Assembly (NCBI GenBank): GCA_020137815.1
Contig: CM035355.1
Location: 5,766,001 to 5,830,000, forward strand
Direction of reading: 5' to 3'
DNA length: 64,000 nt
From: Hormiphora californensis
Taxonomy: Eukaryota > Animalia > Ctenophora
The notes under the pieces were generated by a model. It worked only from the letters and a program-made list of their open reading frames with translations, did no database searches and had not been told where the DNA came from. Both the position numbers and the translations under genes were made by a program. Below, in pieces: positions 24,001 through 46,273 of this stretch. Each line of letters opens with the position of its first letter. The first letter of the stretch is position 1.

Positions 24001-27000
24001 GTGCGTGAGGGGTCACGCGATGTGCGTGAGGGGTCACGCGATATGCTTGAGGGGTCACGTGATGTGCGTGAAGTGTCACGCGATATGCGTGAGGGGTCCC
24101 GCGATGTGCGTGAGGGGTCACGCGATGATCTCGACTCTGGAATCACGCAATAGGGTGAATTTAACAAACCAGGGGATGGTAATTACTGTTTTGTGGCAAT
24201 GGAAAAACGTGTTTTGTTCAAACCCTAGTCGAACAAGGCAAGGAAAGACTCAGCAACCCCCTAACCCCCATATCCTCTCTCTCCAGCTGTTTCCTGAACT
24301 ACACTGGCCGAATGTATTTCTTTGTTGCCCCCGTTATGATAATGATGGTGGTTAACCTGTTTATCTTCATTCGTGTTATCATTGTGCTATGGAAGGCAAC
24401 CAAAAACAGGGACGGGTGGACTGACTTTAGACAGGTCGTCGTCATCGCATCCATCACAGGTTAGAGTGAGGAGAATAGGTCAGGAGATTGTTTTTTGTTG
24501 TCAATTTGACTAAGAGAAATTAAAATTTAAATGTCCCTCAAAAGTCAATAATTATCAAACATCTGTGAATGAACCCTCTCCGATGCAACTCAACCATTAT
24601 ACACTTCATCCTCACTTCATCCTCACTTCATCAACAACACTTTCCAGGAATCAGTTGGATATTTGGAGCATTTACTGTGGGTGGAAGTGTTGGAACCCTC
24701 ATATTCAACTACGTCTACATTACCCTCACCTCCTTCCAGGTATAGTCGGACCCCGATTTAGTGGCATCCTCGGGGAAAGGTTTTTTTTTCACTAAATCGG
24801 GGTGGCCACTAAATCGGGGTCCGACTGTATATCAATAGATCAATAAACAAGTTTGGGCCAATTGTATCAGAGATGCTGAAAACTAATTCACGCTCTCCTT
24901 AGGGTATTGTTTATATAATAAAATATATAATTTTTAACCAATTATCTCTATTGTGACAAATGAAACAAGGTTTTACACAATAGTTCAGCTCTCCGCATCC
25001 CCGGATCGAGCACTCTACCAGGATACAAACTTCTAAATCTAACTAATAACCAATTATCTCCCAATTATCTCCATATTAGGGCATTGTTATCTTCTACTTC
25101 CACTGCTTTGGTAAACCGGATGTCCGTAAGACCTGGACTGAGGTTATCACAGGTAGCACAGGCCGCAGTAGTAGGGCCGCAACCTCGTCTGCAGCTTTCA
25201 GCAGTTCAGCGCCAGCTACCGGTGAGCTGGGTTAATGTGTGTGTTAGAGAGTTTCTCGAGAAATATATGGAGATCTCCATATCCCTCGAGGGAGAGACCA
25301 ATAATTAAACCTTATTAGACCCCGGCCCCAAAGGGGCTAGTAAACAGATACTAAAGTTACTTAATAATTAGGGGCCAATATACGTGCCATTGCGATCAAA
25401 AAGCAAGCCCAAGGGCGTCCTCTAAACGCAATGGAAATGCAGGCGTTGCAATCTGGTAAGGGTTTGGCATGATTTAAAAGAATGAGGGAATGACTTGCAT
25501 TTTGATTATGGGATGAATCATAACCTTGCATTGATTAATAATAATAATAATAGCAGCACTTGTATATACGCTCATACCATATAGGTTACTAGAATAAAAA
25601 CCTAGTTATCTACACGGCAATCAGAGCGGTTCACCATTGCCAAAACATCTAGAGTAAAAAGTAAAAGTAATGTTCTTAATCCAAATTAAAAGTCCGGTGC
25701 TCTGATGCTCAAAAGTCCTGCCCAAAACCTAACTTAATTTGTAAACATACAAACTCAAACACAGCAGTCCCACACTGTCTCTCACACTTCCGCCACCTTG
25801 CCGCCTCGGATCCCAAAGGTCTTCCCCGGCTCCGCCCCCTTCCTCTCCTTCAGCGCTACCACCAGCTTCCTCCTCTCCTCTCTCTCCTCCGGGGAACGGT
25901 CAGGAGAAATGTAAACATTTTTGTGCCTATCGGAGTTCTTCAAAGCCATTTATTGCTCAAAGGCATTTTCGTATGCTACCGGCCAATATACGTGCCATTG
26001 CGATCAAAAAGCAAGCCCAAGGGCGTCCACTGAACGCAATGGAAATGCAGGCATTGCAATCTGGTAGGGGTTTGGCATGATTTGAAGAAAATGAGGGAAT
26101 GACTTGCATTTTGATTATGGGATGAATCATAACCTATTAGAAAGGAAATATAATTTAATTTATAAAATTCTTCTTCTTGTGACTTGAATATGATTTTGCA
26201 CGATTTAACCACTCTTTTCTTTGGAGCACTATTCTTTGTTTCCTTAAAGCGTTTGAAATTTCAGGAATCCTCTTTTACTTTTCCAGCCTGCAGTAAATCA
26301 GATTACTTTCAGCAAGTTTCTACTTAATACTTGAGTGACCAAAAGTCATCAATAACACATCAAGATCAGCTCTTTTCAGCACATTTTATAGCACACTTTA
26401 TCATTTATATATGACTTGAGACACATGGTTTGAGCTAATCCGTGTATGCACTAAGCTATTTGTTAAATGCTTTTCGTCGTGTCAGCTGAGACATAAAATA
26501 TGCATGAATTACAATACATTAATTAATACAATACATTAATTAATTAATACAATACATTAATTAATACAATACATTAATTAATTAATACAATACATTAATT
26601 AATTAATTAATTAATATTGGGACCCAGGTTGATAATAGTCCTATCAATTTCTCTAATATATTTCTCTATCTCACAGGAAACACAGGAAACAGGAAGATTT
26701 CAACTATTGACGGAACTGGGGTCTCAACAACTGGTAATTAAATTACACCACTAATTACACCACTAATTACACCACTAATTACACCACTACTTACACCACT
26801 AATTACACCACTAATTTTAGTGGTTACAATATATGACAATATGTGACAACATAGTACTTGAATAATTAACTTACTATGACTAACCGTGACATTAACACAC
26901 CGTCTAGGAGCCATGCGAATGTCGACTGTGAATGGAACTGGGGGTAAATAGCTTGTTTGTGATTGTTTAATGTTGTAACTCCTTGCTAGGAAATATCAAC

Positions 27001-29077
27001 TTGCATTTTAATTGTTACTTCTCTCCCTCTCTCCATCTCTATAAATGTTTAGGAAGGGCAAGTGTAGTGACTGGACCTAAGATGAGTACCACTATCATGG
27101 GTCCAAATATGGGTAGGAATAGCACCACAATGGGACCCGGTGGGAGACCCTCAATGGCCGGGAGAGGCGCCATGGTCGGGGGAAGAAGGGTGGGTGTGGC
27201 AGCCCAGGCAAACCCTTACTCGCAACTTGGTATGGGAGACACATGTCGTTAAATATGCAGTGAATGGTGTTACACTGATACGTGTATGTGGTTACATTGT
27301 GGGGAGTTGTAATTGTGTTTGTTATCCATGTTCCATGTTGGGTTGTTGTTTTTATGTTTGGTTTTGTAACCGTGTGATAGTGACAAACTGCGACGTCTGA
27401 CAATGACAAAACCGCGTGACCCGTTATTGGAAATGTTGGCTATTTGGAAAGTTTATTAACACAAGATCCTCTTTCTTATTAAAGGTGGTGGCCGATATAG
27501 TGTGGCTGATGGACCAAGAAAGAGCACTGCAGCCGGACCAAGGTTGAGTTATGCCAACCCAGCCGCCAATCCCCTTCCGTTCCAAGCAGCACCCATGAAG
27601 GAGAAAGTGGAGGAAGAAGGTGAGTAATTGAGGGATACTATCGGTGAAAACTGTTTACAAATTAGCTGAATTTTAAAAGTTAGGTGGCGCCATACCCCAT
27701 TTGATTCTCAAATTGACAGTGCGCTCAGATGGGTCGCGGCGCCAGACAGGTCATGGCGGCCATGACATGGCTCAAAATACTAAAATCCAAAACTCTCATG
27801 GCCCAAAATCGTAACATTATTCCAGACGAGACGCTGGACAAAGCGGCATTTGATGAGCCAACTGATGGGCTGATAGAGAACAAGGCAGCTACTTCGAAGG
27901 AGGAGAGAAACAAGAACAACATGACTCCAGTTGAAGATGTGGAATATGAGGATCCTGGTAAGTTATGTGAAGTGCAACGTGAAGTGCAATGAGAAGTGCA
28001 ATGTGAAGTGCAATGAGAAGTGGGGTAAGCACTGGGTTGTAACAAGCAATGTGAAGTGCAATGAGAAGTTGGGTAAGCACTGGGTTTTAACAAGCAATGT
28101 GAAGTGCAATGAGAAGTTGGGTAAGCACTGGGTTGTAACAAGCAATGAGAGTGCAATGAGAAGTTGGGTAAGCACTGGGTTGTAACTAAGCAATGAGAAG
28201 TGCAATGAGAAGTTGGGTAAGCACTGGGTTGTAACAAGCAATGAGAGTGCAATGAGAAGTTGGGTAAGCACTGGGTTGTAACTAAGCAATGAGAAGTGCA
28301 ATGAGAAGTTGGGTAAGCACTGGGTTGTAACAAGCAATGAGAAGTGCAATGAGAAGTTGGGTAAGCACTGGGTTGTAACTAAGCAATGAGAAGTGCAATG
28401 AGAAGTTGGGTAAGCACTGGGTTGTAACAAGCAATGTGAAGTGCAATGAGAAGTTGGGTAAGCACTGGGTTGTAACAAGCAATGAGAAGTGCAGGGAGAC
28501 CATGCATAGATTTGAGAAGTGGTTAGACATATTCAATCCACTCACAGGAAATGTGTATAGCAACTAAGAATCGGTCCACTAAGTATGCAAAGCGCTATAT
28601 TAATGTGCTTTTAATTGCTTGTATTACTATTTTTAGTAATGTGTTGATCTGTAGAACTCTCACAGAGCGTGCTCGCTCTGTGATGTCATTTTATCAAACA
28701 AAATACATCGTGAGCTACACAAGTTGGGCATAAAGACATTTCGCCCCGGTGCCTGAGCTGCTGCTCCGAACCAGGAACCGACCGAAACAAGTAAACAACC
28801 AATCAGAACTCATTATTTAGATACCGAATGATATTCGCCCTATAAACATGTCAACCACTCTTCTAATTGCATATTTCTAACACTCCATTCCTCAGATAAC
28901 ATCCGACTGAATGGAAACATCTACTCGACAGTCGGAGAAGAAGCTGAGAGAGGTCAGGCAGCGGTTAGTGGAAATGCTGCGACCCTTATTGACGTCGGAC
29001 GTAGCTCGATTCGTGGTGGGGCAGGAAATGGAATGATCTACATGAACCAAGATGCGATGGATCAGGATACTCCGTGA
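1..29077 (+). CDS. Adhesion GPCR (pentraxin domain, HormR, GAIN/GPS, 7TM, long cytoplasmic tail); 5' end lies outside the window
   Basis: GT-AG exons, approximate: 1-103, 2077-2292, 2422-2521, 2766-2926, 3005-3152, 3325-3520, 3671-3754, 4083-4209, 4469-4614, 4772-4894, 4996-5136, 6282-6379, 6636-6759, 12754-12857, 13127-13260, 13537-13671, 13851-14002, 14196-14342, 14601-14719, 14834-14977, 15065-15274, 24287-24459, 24648-24739, 25080-25221, 26677-26732, 26908-26943, 27053-27229, 27485-27619, 27719-27957, 28896-29077 (TGA). Motifs: pentraxin DGVWHSVCLSW, GGSLYLG, GSLLNLNVWN; GPS CVYWDEETQAWSQQG...CSSNHLTNFAVLM; family-B TM3/TM4 WMLVEG and AWGFPAL. Confidence 0.9.
203..2038 (+). mobile_element. 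Non-autonomous Helentron-associated (HINE/DINE-1-like) element with internal fold-back tandem arrays
   Basis: Subterminal inverted repeats TTTCCCCGCC (206-215) and GGCGGGGAAA (2002-2011); 3' stem-loop GCATTATG-aaa-CATAATGC (2016-2034); T-rich ends without a TSD; internal inverted arms spanning 274-1786. Confidence 0.65.
274..1786. repeat. Inverted arms built from a 17-bp repeat (GAATTTAGGGTAGGTCT) and an alternating 64-bp repeat (128-bp dimer)
   Basis: Tandem units at ~297-545 and ~590-1235 are mirrored as reverse complement at ~1394-1786. Confidence 0.9.
5095..6131 (+). repeat. 46-48-bp tandem copies of the exon 3' end plus its splice donor
   Basis: Unit ATCACATTACAGATATCTGATACCACCAACATTACCACTGAG|GTAG(CC) repeated about 8 times and interrupted by a MITE. 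Confidence 0.9.
5255..5880. mobile_element. MITE with G-run/C-run termini and an apparent 7-bp TSD (CAGATAT)
   Basis: Ends G(n)TCCAGCCCTAAAAAA...TTTTTTAGGGCTGGAC(C)n, with subterminal (TTTTTTTAGC)n and (GCTAAAAAAA)n arrays; CAGATAT on both flanks. Confidence 0.8.
6961..7973. repeat. Near-perfect palindrome of ~1 kb (arms ~490 bp) inside a Helentron-like element
   Basis: ~6961-7452 is the reverse complement of ~7475-7973, with few mismatches. Confidence 0.85.
8521..9860. mobile_element. Non-autonomous hAT-type DNA transposon
   Basis: 8-bp TSD GCTCGGAC (8513-8520, 9861-9868); TIRs TAGGAAGCGACCGAA and CAGGAAACGACCGAA; subterminal (GGTTC)n; internal inverted blocks. Confidence 0.85.
10111..10530 (-). 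mobile_element. 5'-truncated non-LTR retrotransposon, ORF2 C-terminus
   Basis: ORF 10111-10482 contains CPLCNQKQNSEHVLITC, the C-x2-C-x7-H-x4-C zinc knuckle typical of LINE ORF2 ends. Confidence 0.75.
10590..10662 (-). pseudogene. tRNA-derived sequence (pseudo-tRNA or SINE head)
   Basis: A-box TGGTCTAATGG and T-arm CCGGG-TTCAAAT-CCCGG in a 73-nt span; acceptor and anticodon stems are degraded. Confidence 0.55.
10760..10965 (+). repeat. 102-bp tandem duplication
   Basis: GGAGGTTCACCCGTCGCAG...CATATTCAAGG occurs twice in tandem. Confidence 0.9.
12644..12704. repeat. (TAATTATG)n short tandem repeat
   Basis: About 7 perfect copies. Confidence 0.9.
14196..14342 (+). CDS. Exon encoding the GPS autoproteolysis motif of the adhesion GPCR
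   Basis: Translates to TPYCVYWDEETQAWSQQGLEITSCDPERVQCSSNHLTNFAVLM, with the canonical H-L|T site and a TNFAVLM tethered-agonist-like peptide. Confidence 0.92.
15880..22921. repeat. Array of a 505/507-bp unit: ~4.6 copies on + (15880-18193), then ~9.3 copies on - (18194-22921)
   Basis: Identical 84-aa and 69-aa ORFs recur with a 507- or 505-bp period; strand switch at ~18193; flanked by the direct repeat TATTTGAACACT (15868-15879, 22922-22933). Confidence 0.95.
23990..24126. repeat. 21-bp minisatellite (GTCACGCGATGTGCGTGAGGG)
   Basis: About 6.5 copies. Confidence 0.9.
24743..24827. mobile_element. 85-bp Tc1/mariner/pogo-type MITE inserted at the TA of a splice donor
   Basis: TIR (T/C)AGTCGGACCCCGATTTAGTGG at both ends; TA on both flanks. 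Confidence 0.8.
25536..25949 (-). mobile_element. Truncated CR1/L2-like ORF1 C-terminus with 3' UTR and (ATT)n tail
   Basis: The minus strand 25949-25782 reads KNSDRHKNVYISPDRSPEEREERRKLVVALKERKGAEPGKTFGIRGGKVAEV*; (AAT)n on + at 25536-25551. Confidence 0.6.
27970..28492. repeat. Intronic minisatellite, unit ~50 bp
   Basis: GAAGTGCAATGAGAAGTTGGGTAAGCACTGGGTTGTAACAAGCAAT repeated about 10 times. Confidence 0.9.
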
Positions 29078-29685
29078 GAGGGGGAGAAATGGAAAGAGAG
29101 AAGGAGCTGTCAGAATGCGATGCCTGACAGCGCGATAGGAACTTTGAAAGAGGGAAATGGAATTGTGAAATGGACTAACGGACTTTGAAACAATTTGTGA
29201 TGAGTGCTATAATCGCTGCTGTGATATAAAACTTGTCGAGAGACAACAAAAATACAAAAATATGATGTGATAGATTGTGTGTTGATATTTCAGATGACTT
29301 GAGTATTTCGTTTTGCCGCTGTTGCAGCTATTTTATTGATTGTAAAATATTTCAACAAAATGTAGAATTACTTTTTATTTTTTGACCGATGTAGTCCCCT
29401 TCACCAGATCCGACTTTATTAATGAACGGCAATGCTCGAGAATCAAATTAAGAGAGATAGAGAGACATAGATCAGAGAAATACAAAAGGGATAGAAAATT
29501 TTAGCATTGCCGTTCCGATCGTTTCAAATAAAAACACGCAATATCCTGTGGGGTTTCGCAGTAAAAAAAGTTCAACAGACTGTATTACATTTGTGATTTC
29601 GGGGGAATTCAATTCTCTTTCACATTCATTTTATCAAAATCAATAACACCCTATCTCTCTCTCGAAGTAGAAAAATATTGTACCC

Positions 29686-39768
<10,083 letters not shown>

Positions 39769-41261
39769 GTTATTAACCACTTTACTATCTCACATCACCT
39801 CCCTAATTCTCTACGCTCTCACTTCATTTTATACATGATATAACGTGGCTTGGGAGGGATTCTTAATTAGAGGAGGGGAATCAATCAAATCACATGTCTC
39901 AATCCGAGTCTGGCTGTGGTCAACAACATGAGAGAGGGGGAGAGGGGTAGAGCTGTAGAGCTGTTTTCTTAATACAAACAACATTGTCATGCCTTTATAA
40001 AGAGTGTTGACAAGAGTAAAGAACCAACACACACTATCTAACTAAAAACGTCAGCAGTTCTGACGACCTATGTTGTGGGAGTAGCCAGCAGAGAATAGAG
40101 ACACAAACGAAATGTCGAAGATATTTTGGAATGTGGATAAAGAGCCACAGCTGAAGTGAATTGCAAGACTTCTTCGTGGTGTTGACTGTTGAGTAACTCA
40201 ACTTGAGTTGGTCTTAGAAGTCGCAGTGAAGTATCACTTTAAAGCTGTGTGTTGGCGGCGACTCCGTTTTGATTCTGAATCGAGCGACAGTGTTCGTATC
40301 GGGTCGGTGCTGCCAGACAGCCTCAAGCGACCCGGAAATTTAGAACAAAAGTTCACCAAAGTAGTCCTTTGGTCGAATTTTAAGGACAGCAGAATGCTGA
40401 ATGTTGGGGAAATGTTTTATTGCAGTCCCAATGTCTTCTGAGGTTTGAGTTGTTGTAGTGACGAATCTGTCGCGACGACACGTCGATTTTGAAAAAAAAA
40501 GAAAAAAGGTTTTGAACTTTCTTTTTTTTGTGGCTGAAATTCTTAAATGATGTTCTTTGAGTCTGCCAAATAGGCATTTAAACGTAACTCGCGGAAAGAT
40601 AAATTTATTGCGCTGCATTTGGAAACGCGCAGTTGTCCTCCGCAAACAACCCGAGTCCGGAATGCGCGCGGTATTATACCTCGTTATACACGGAGTACAC
40701 CGAACGGCGAACATCCAACATCGTGACTTGTGTGTACATTTTCCCATTAATTGGAAGATTTCCGCTGTGTTCATTTACCCCCTTGACAATCGCTTCCTGT
40801 TTTACAACTTACCGCCTGCTCTTTGTAATTTGATCCATTCTCCGCGTTTCCATGTGCGTCAGGCGTCTGCAACGTCAATAACACGTGACATTAAATCATC
40901 TGTATTTGTGACTTCATTTAGCCGTGTCTTTGATATCATATTTACCTTTTTCGTTCCTAATGTCCATGTAACTTGATAAGTACTGCAGTGTAGGTAACAT
41001 GTGACATTCCTATTTCCTTGACGTCAATTGTTATCTTAGCATGTCTGGTTTGTTAGCTATGGTATTGAGACCAGTGTTGACTCAGGCTACACTGCTATGC
41101 AATTATTGTAACCTCTTTAGACCTCGTTTAGTCTCTAATTACCCAATCAGTGCGCTATGTCTAACAAAGCTGTATCCTCTTTCACCCCAATCAGTGCGCT
41201 ATGTCTAACAACTGGAGACGATGATTGGATTCCCATTTCCAGTTCTCAATAACACCTCATT

Positions 41262-42192
41262 ATGGCACCGTCTCGTGTCGCTTCCTCGTCTCCTGATGCC
41301 TTTACTCTCATCTTACCAGCCATAGAGAACCAGTTAAAAGCACACCTCAGGACTCTCGATGTATCTTACCAGTTTGCAATTGAAATGCCCTTGAAGTCAA
41401 TGTTCCGAACTTTGTTCCTAGTCAAGATTCTCCGACACTTCAAAGTGAAGTCTGTGTTAGGTGAGGGAGGTTTTGGTAAAGTCTACCTTGTATCTCGGAA
41501 AACAGACTCCAAGCTCTTCGCAATGAAACAAATTGAGAAGTCACCATCAACCACTCGTCGTTCTACACCCCCTCTTGAGATAACATGTCTGATGGAGCTG
41601 AGACATCCTAATATTGCTACCTGCTGCGGATACCAAGAAACACGGTTCCACTGGCTGCTGTTTACCGAGTATAACCGCCGGGAGTTGGATCTGTTTGATT
41701 TGTTGCTGGAGAGAGATACTCTGTCCCCTGGAGAAGCGAGGTTAATCCTAAAACAGTTGTACCAAGCAGTGGATTTCTGTTTCGGAAGAGGAATTGACCA
41801 CCGTGATCTAAAGGACGAGAACATCTTGATTGATAGAGAGACACTACAAATCAAGTTGATTGATTTCGGTTCCGCGTCCAAGTTCAGCCCTAACACAGCC
41901 TACACTAGAGCCCACGGAACCGCCCTTTTTATTCCTCCTGAATTCTTCAACAACGGATCCTACCATGGACAGTGTGCTGCTGTGTGGGCTATTGGTTGCC
42001 TGGTCTACAAGATGCTAATTGGATATCATCCCTTTATTGACTGCAAGGAAGTGGTACACCTGAAACCTGAGATGCCCAGGGGTAACGAACTCCGCCCGAG
42101 TGTTCTTAGAAAGATGTCTGGAAAAGGACTGGAGGAAAAGGGTAGCTTTTAGTAGAGTTCCTAGTCTGATGTGGTACAAAGAGGATGTGTGA
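41262..42192 (+). CDS. Intronless PIM/PASK-like Ser/Thr kinase with an apparent frameshift before subdomain XI
   Basis: Motifs GEGGFGKV, FAMK, HRDLKDEN, DFG, GTALFIPPE, AAVWAIGCL. The ORF stops at 42152, but the +1 frame from ~42094 reads ARVFLERCLEKDWRKRVAFSRVPSLMWYKEDV* (TGA ending 42192). Confidence 0.85.
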
Positions 42193-43737
42193 GAGATATT
42201 GAGTTATTTATTTTCTAGTGATGACGATGATTTCTAATGTTCTGACAAAGTTTATAATTTCTTATGAAGTTTGTGTTGAGAGATTGAAACTTCTCCGTGC
42301 GTATATCGAATCTTTTCGATATTTTTATGTGTCTGTTTGATTGCTGTTTTAGCCTTATCTTTTCCAAATTGTGAGATATTCGTGTATTTGACTTATGCCT
42401 CAATATTCTGTCCTGAGACGCTCACACTCCCCCACACACACATTCTGTGTCAGACACACATGCCAATCATGTGATGTCACCATGTACAGTGGAGAGAGAG
42501 AGATTAGGTGGAGTGTGTCCAATTGTTCTATTATTGCATAGCATGTATCATGACGTCACAGCTATCAGTCCAATACTCTGACAATGACGTCATAGAACTC
42601 AACACACAGATCATGACGTCATGCTGTCAGAGCATTGCCCTGGTGTGACCCTACTTTCATTACTTTCGAGAACTGCGATCAGAGGATTGGCCTGAAAGTC
42701 ACACAGCTAAAATGTGAAGTGGTGGATCACTGTCAGGGCATTGGCCTGACAAATGGAACAAGTGTATTATAACCACACACCTCCAATTATAGGTCCATGG
42801 CTTGAATATCCCCCTACTGACTCACTTCATTCAAGTTTCACGGGAGTTTCACATTATCATGAACAAGTCACCTCTGTCAGGTATATCTAGAACATGTCAA
42901 GACTTTGTAACACAATCTACCAATCTACTGTGGTAGTACCACATCCTACCACCACATTCCTCACTTCTCTCTTATATCGGGGACACATTCCTCACTTCTA
43001 TCTTATCGGGGACACATTACATCCCTACCCCCCCCCCCCCATCCCTACTAAGTACATTTTACCACTTTCTATCTCCTCACCAGTCACCTTTTATCAGCTT
43101 ATCTTCCCTCTTATCAGCGCGACGTGCCCAACTTATCAGCTGTACTACTCTTTGTCCAATTCAATAGTTCATTGTGCCACTGATCCACTACATAACTTCT
43201 CTCCCTTGTTATCAGAAACGTTCCACATCTCCCAACCCCCTCTTCTCACTTCTCAGGAACGGTTCCTTACTTCCCTTCCCTCAGGAAGGTTCCTTACTTC
43301 CCTCCCCTCAGGAACGGTTCCTTACTTCCCTCCCCTCAGGAACGGTTCCTTACTTCCCTTTCCTCAGGAACAGTTGCAGTTTCACCCTCTGGAAAGGAGG
43401 TCACACCGGAGCAGAAAGGAGTTACACCCTTGACAACACCCTGCTCAACTCCCCTTCACACTCCCCTGTGTACTCCACTCCATACACCCCTCTCTACTCC
43501 TCTATCTAGTTCCATGAGTAAGTTGTTGGGATCAGTAGCGTTTGTTGAGAGACTTGTTATCTTTCTACTTGGCGGGGGGGGGGGTTGGGTGGAGTTAGAT
43601 AAATCGGCCTCTCCAGTCTCCACTAAAACATTCTCTCTCCTGCTTCAGTGAGTGATAGTATGGGTCACCTACTAGATGAGCTCTGTAGATACTCAATTGA
43701 ACAGCCCCTTGACAAATCTTCCTTTTTTGGCCACCCT

Positions 43738-43987
43738 CTAGAGCCCCCAACCATTCCACCATCTAGAGCCCCCAACCATTCCACCATCTAGAGCCCCAAA
43801 CCATTCCACCATCTAGAGCCCCAAACCATTCCACCCTCTAGAGCCCCAAACCATTCCACCCTCTAGAGCCCCAAACCATTCCACCCTCTAGAGCCCCCAA
43901 CCATTCCACCCTCTAGAGCCCCCAACCATTCCACCCTCTAGAGCCCCCAACCATTCCACCCTCTAGAGCCCCCAACCATTCCACCTT
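43738..43987. repeat. 25-bp minisatellite (CTAGAGCCCC(C/A)AACCATTCCACC(C/A)T)
   Basis: 10 copies. Confidence 0.95.
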
Positions 43988-44334
43988 CTAACCCTATCGA
44001 GGGATCTGAAAATCACCAGGAGACAAGTGTCACTAAATCAGTGAAAAGAAAACGGTCACATTCAGGATTATTCGGCTGTCCTTCTAGGATGTAGTGCTAT
44101 TTCAGGTATAGAAACCTACTAGTCAAGCACGTCTTATCATTTGGGGATCAGGGTTGGTGGGGTCAATTCTGTCTTGTTCAGTTCCCCCATCTCCTGTCAG
44201 GCCAATGCTCTGACCACAGTTCTGAGAACTGTGGTCAGAGCATTGGCCCTATTCAGAGCATTGACCCTATTCTCATAGAGAACTCAGTCAGGCCAATGCT
44301 CTGACAGCCCATCTCCTAACACCCCTTCTCCCTA

Positions 44335-44478
44335 GATACAGATATAGCACGTCACCTAAAGATGGAGATGCGGCCCCAGTCCCCCCTCGCTAAAGATATA
44401 ATTCCCAAACCTAGACAGTACAGGCTGAAAATCAGGAGGGTTGCAAAGGATGGGAAGAACTATAATTATAAAGAATGA
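44335..44478 (+). CDS. Possible terminal exon of an unidentified small gene; upstream exons may lie at 42.8-44.1 kb
   Basis: Acceptor CCCTAG, open frame TDIARHLKMEMRPQSPLAKDIIPKPRQYRLKIRRVAKDGKNYNYKE*, and AATAAA right after the stop. No recognisable domain. Confidence 0.3.
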   Translation, partial: DTDIARHLKMEMRPQSPLAKDIIPKPRQYRLKIRRVAKDGKNYNYKE

Positions 44479-45658
44479 ACAATAAAGCTGTTGTTGTACT
44501 TTTCAGTTTCTATTCATTTCTTGTTCATTGTTCTTGAAAGTTTTGAATTCACTGTTTCACGAATTACGTTATGAAGCTGTTGTTGTAGTAAATTATTTTC
44601 ACACATATTACTAAGCTAAGTTTATTGTTAAGTTAATTTCAATGTTTCCAGTCTTTTTTCGTCCAACAGCTGCTGCAGCAGATCTCCCAAAATATAGTCG
44701 TAAACCATGACTTGTATGGAACGCGCGGGGTACTTGGAACAGAGATCTGCGCGCAGAGACTCGGGATCGTGGGAAAACGGAGTGGACATTGGCTCTCTTT
44801 GATCCGAGGAATTCCGCCCCCTCTCTCGCTTGGGGGCCTATTGGATTGTGATTGGCCCTTCTCTCTCTCTCTCTCTCCTTCGTCCATGATTTATTGGAGT
44901 GTCATATGCATGCGATGAATAGTATGCAAATATTCGCGTTCTTTCTAGCATTGCCAGTAGCCTAGTAGCGGTCTCTCATTCTCCCCCCAGCTGAGCGTCC
45001 TCCATTTGTGTAGCTCCCTCAGTGTCGTCTCAACTCTCAAACTCATATGCTTGCGAGATGAGCCCTATTTTAACACTAGGTTGCTTAGCGTTAACCCTCT
45101 ATACTGGCAGAGCATTGGCAGCTGACCCTATTCTCATTTCTTTCTAGACAACCGCGGTCAGAGCATTGGCTTGACAGTGCACCTTTCAATCCCATGAAAA
45201 AAGAAAAGCAGACATTTTGGGGAAATAACAAAATTCTTATTCCTAAAAAACACAAACATTATTCTACTAACACTGGCTTTCTCGCGTTTCTCTCTCCTTC
45301 TCTTTCTTTTTCTTTTTCTTCCTCTCTCTCTCTCACTCTCTCTCTCTCTCTTCATTTTGTTTGCCTGGTTAACATATATCACCAAAACTGACTAACGGGT
45401 ATCATTTTCACAGGTGTAAGCGCTTCATAGTACGTCTCATACGTCTAAAACACCGACAGTTTCTTTGTTCGTAAACACAGTTCGGTCTCACATAGTCACA
45501 TACTCTAGCAATTCTCATATTTTCATCGAAATGCACGACTTCGTAATGAGCTCTGACACCTACCAACTCTAATCTTATCCTAAAACATTGTTCTCTTTTC
45601 CTCCAAACAAAGTCATCACTCTCAAAACTACCCTAACAAAGTTCCATATCCCTATCCT

Positions 45659-46226
45659 TCAAACGCCCAACTCTATTGCATCTTGTAGTGCTCCTCCCAG
45701 GAAATTCAGGGACTTGTTGATAAGGCCCCTGTTAGCCCCCGTCATTCTAAACAACACTACCACACATGTACTGAGAGTATTACTAACGAAGATACTCTCT
45801 TCTGGATAGGCCTTGTTTCGACCGTATAGGACGTTAGCACTGAGTCCAGATGGGTATTGGGTCGTCTTGATCGGCAACTGGACTACACGTATAATACTGT
45901 AACCTGGGGGAGATGGGAAGGTGGTTAGAGAGGAGTCATTGGGGAGGGGAGGGTGGTTAGAGAAGGGTGGTTAGAGAGGGTGGTTAGAGATGGGAGGGTG
46001 GTTAGAATTTCTAATAGAAATGGGGAGTTAGAGAGGGGAGCTGGAGGGGGTTAGAAAGGGGTGGTTAGTGAGGAGAAGGGTAGTTAGAGAGGGGGTACTA
46101 TCTTGGGGGGGGGGGGGTAGAGATCAGGAGGAGTTATTATTTCGGGGAGAACGAGGAAGGTATGAATACTTGCTTATCCTTGATAATAATGAATGGTATC
46201 ATGACGACAGTGTAGACTAAAGAGAG

Positions 46227-46273
<47 letters not shown>

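Noticed and set aside
23815-24355. ORFs with SRDVREG repeats
   Set aside because: They are translations of a 21-bp minisatellite in an intron.
27725-28563. Long minus-strand Cys/His-rich ORFs (202 and 171 aa)
   Set aside because: They are translations of an intronic minisatellite.
40208-40976. ORFs of 139-144 aa between the NHR gene and the kinase
   Set aside because: No motifs or convincing splice pattern; probably intergenic or repeat-derived.
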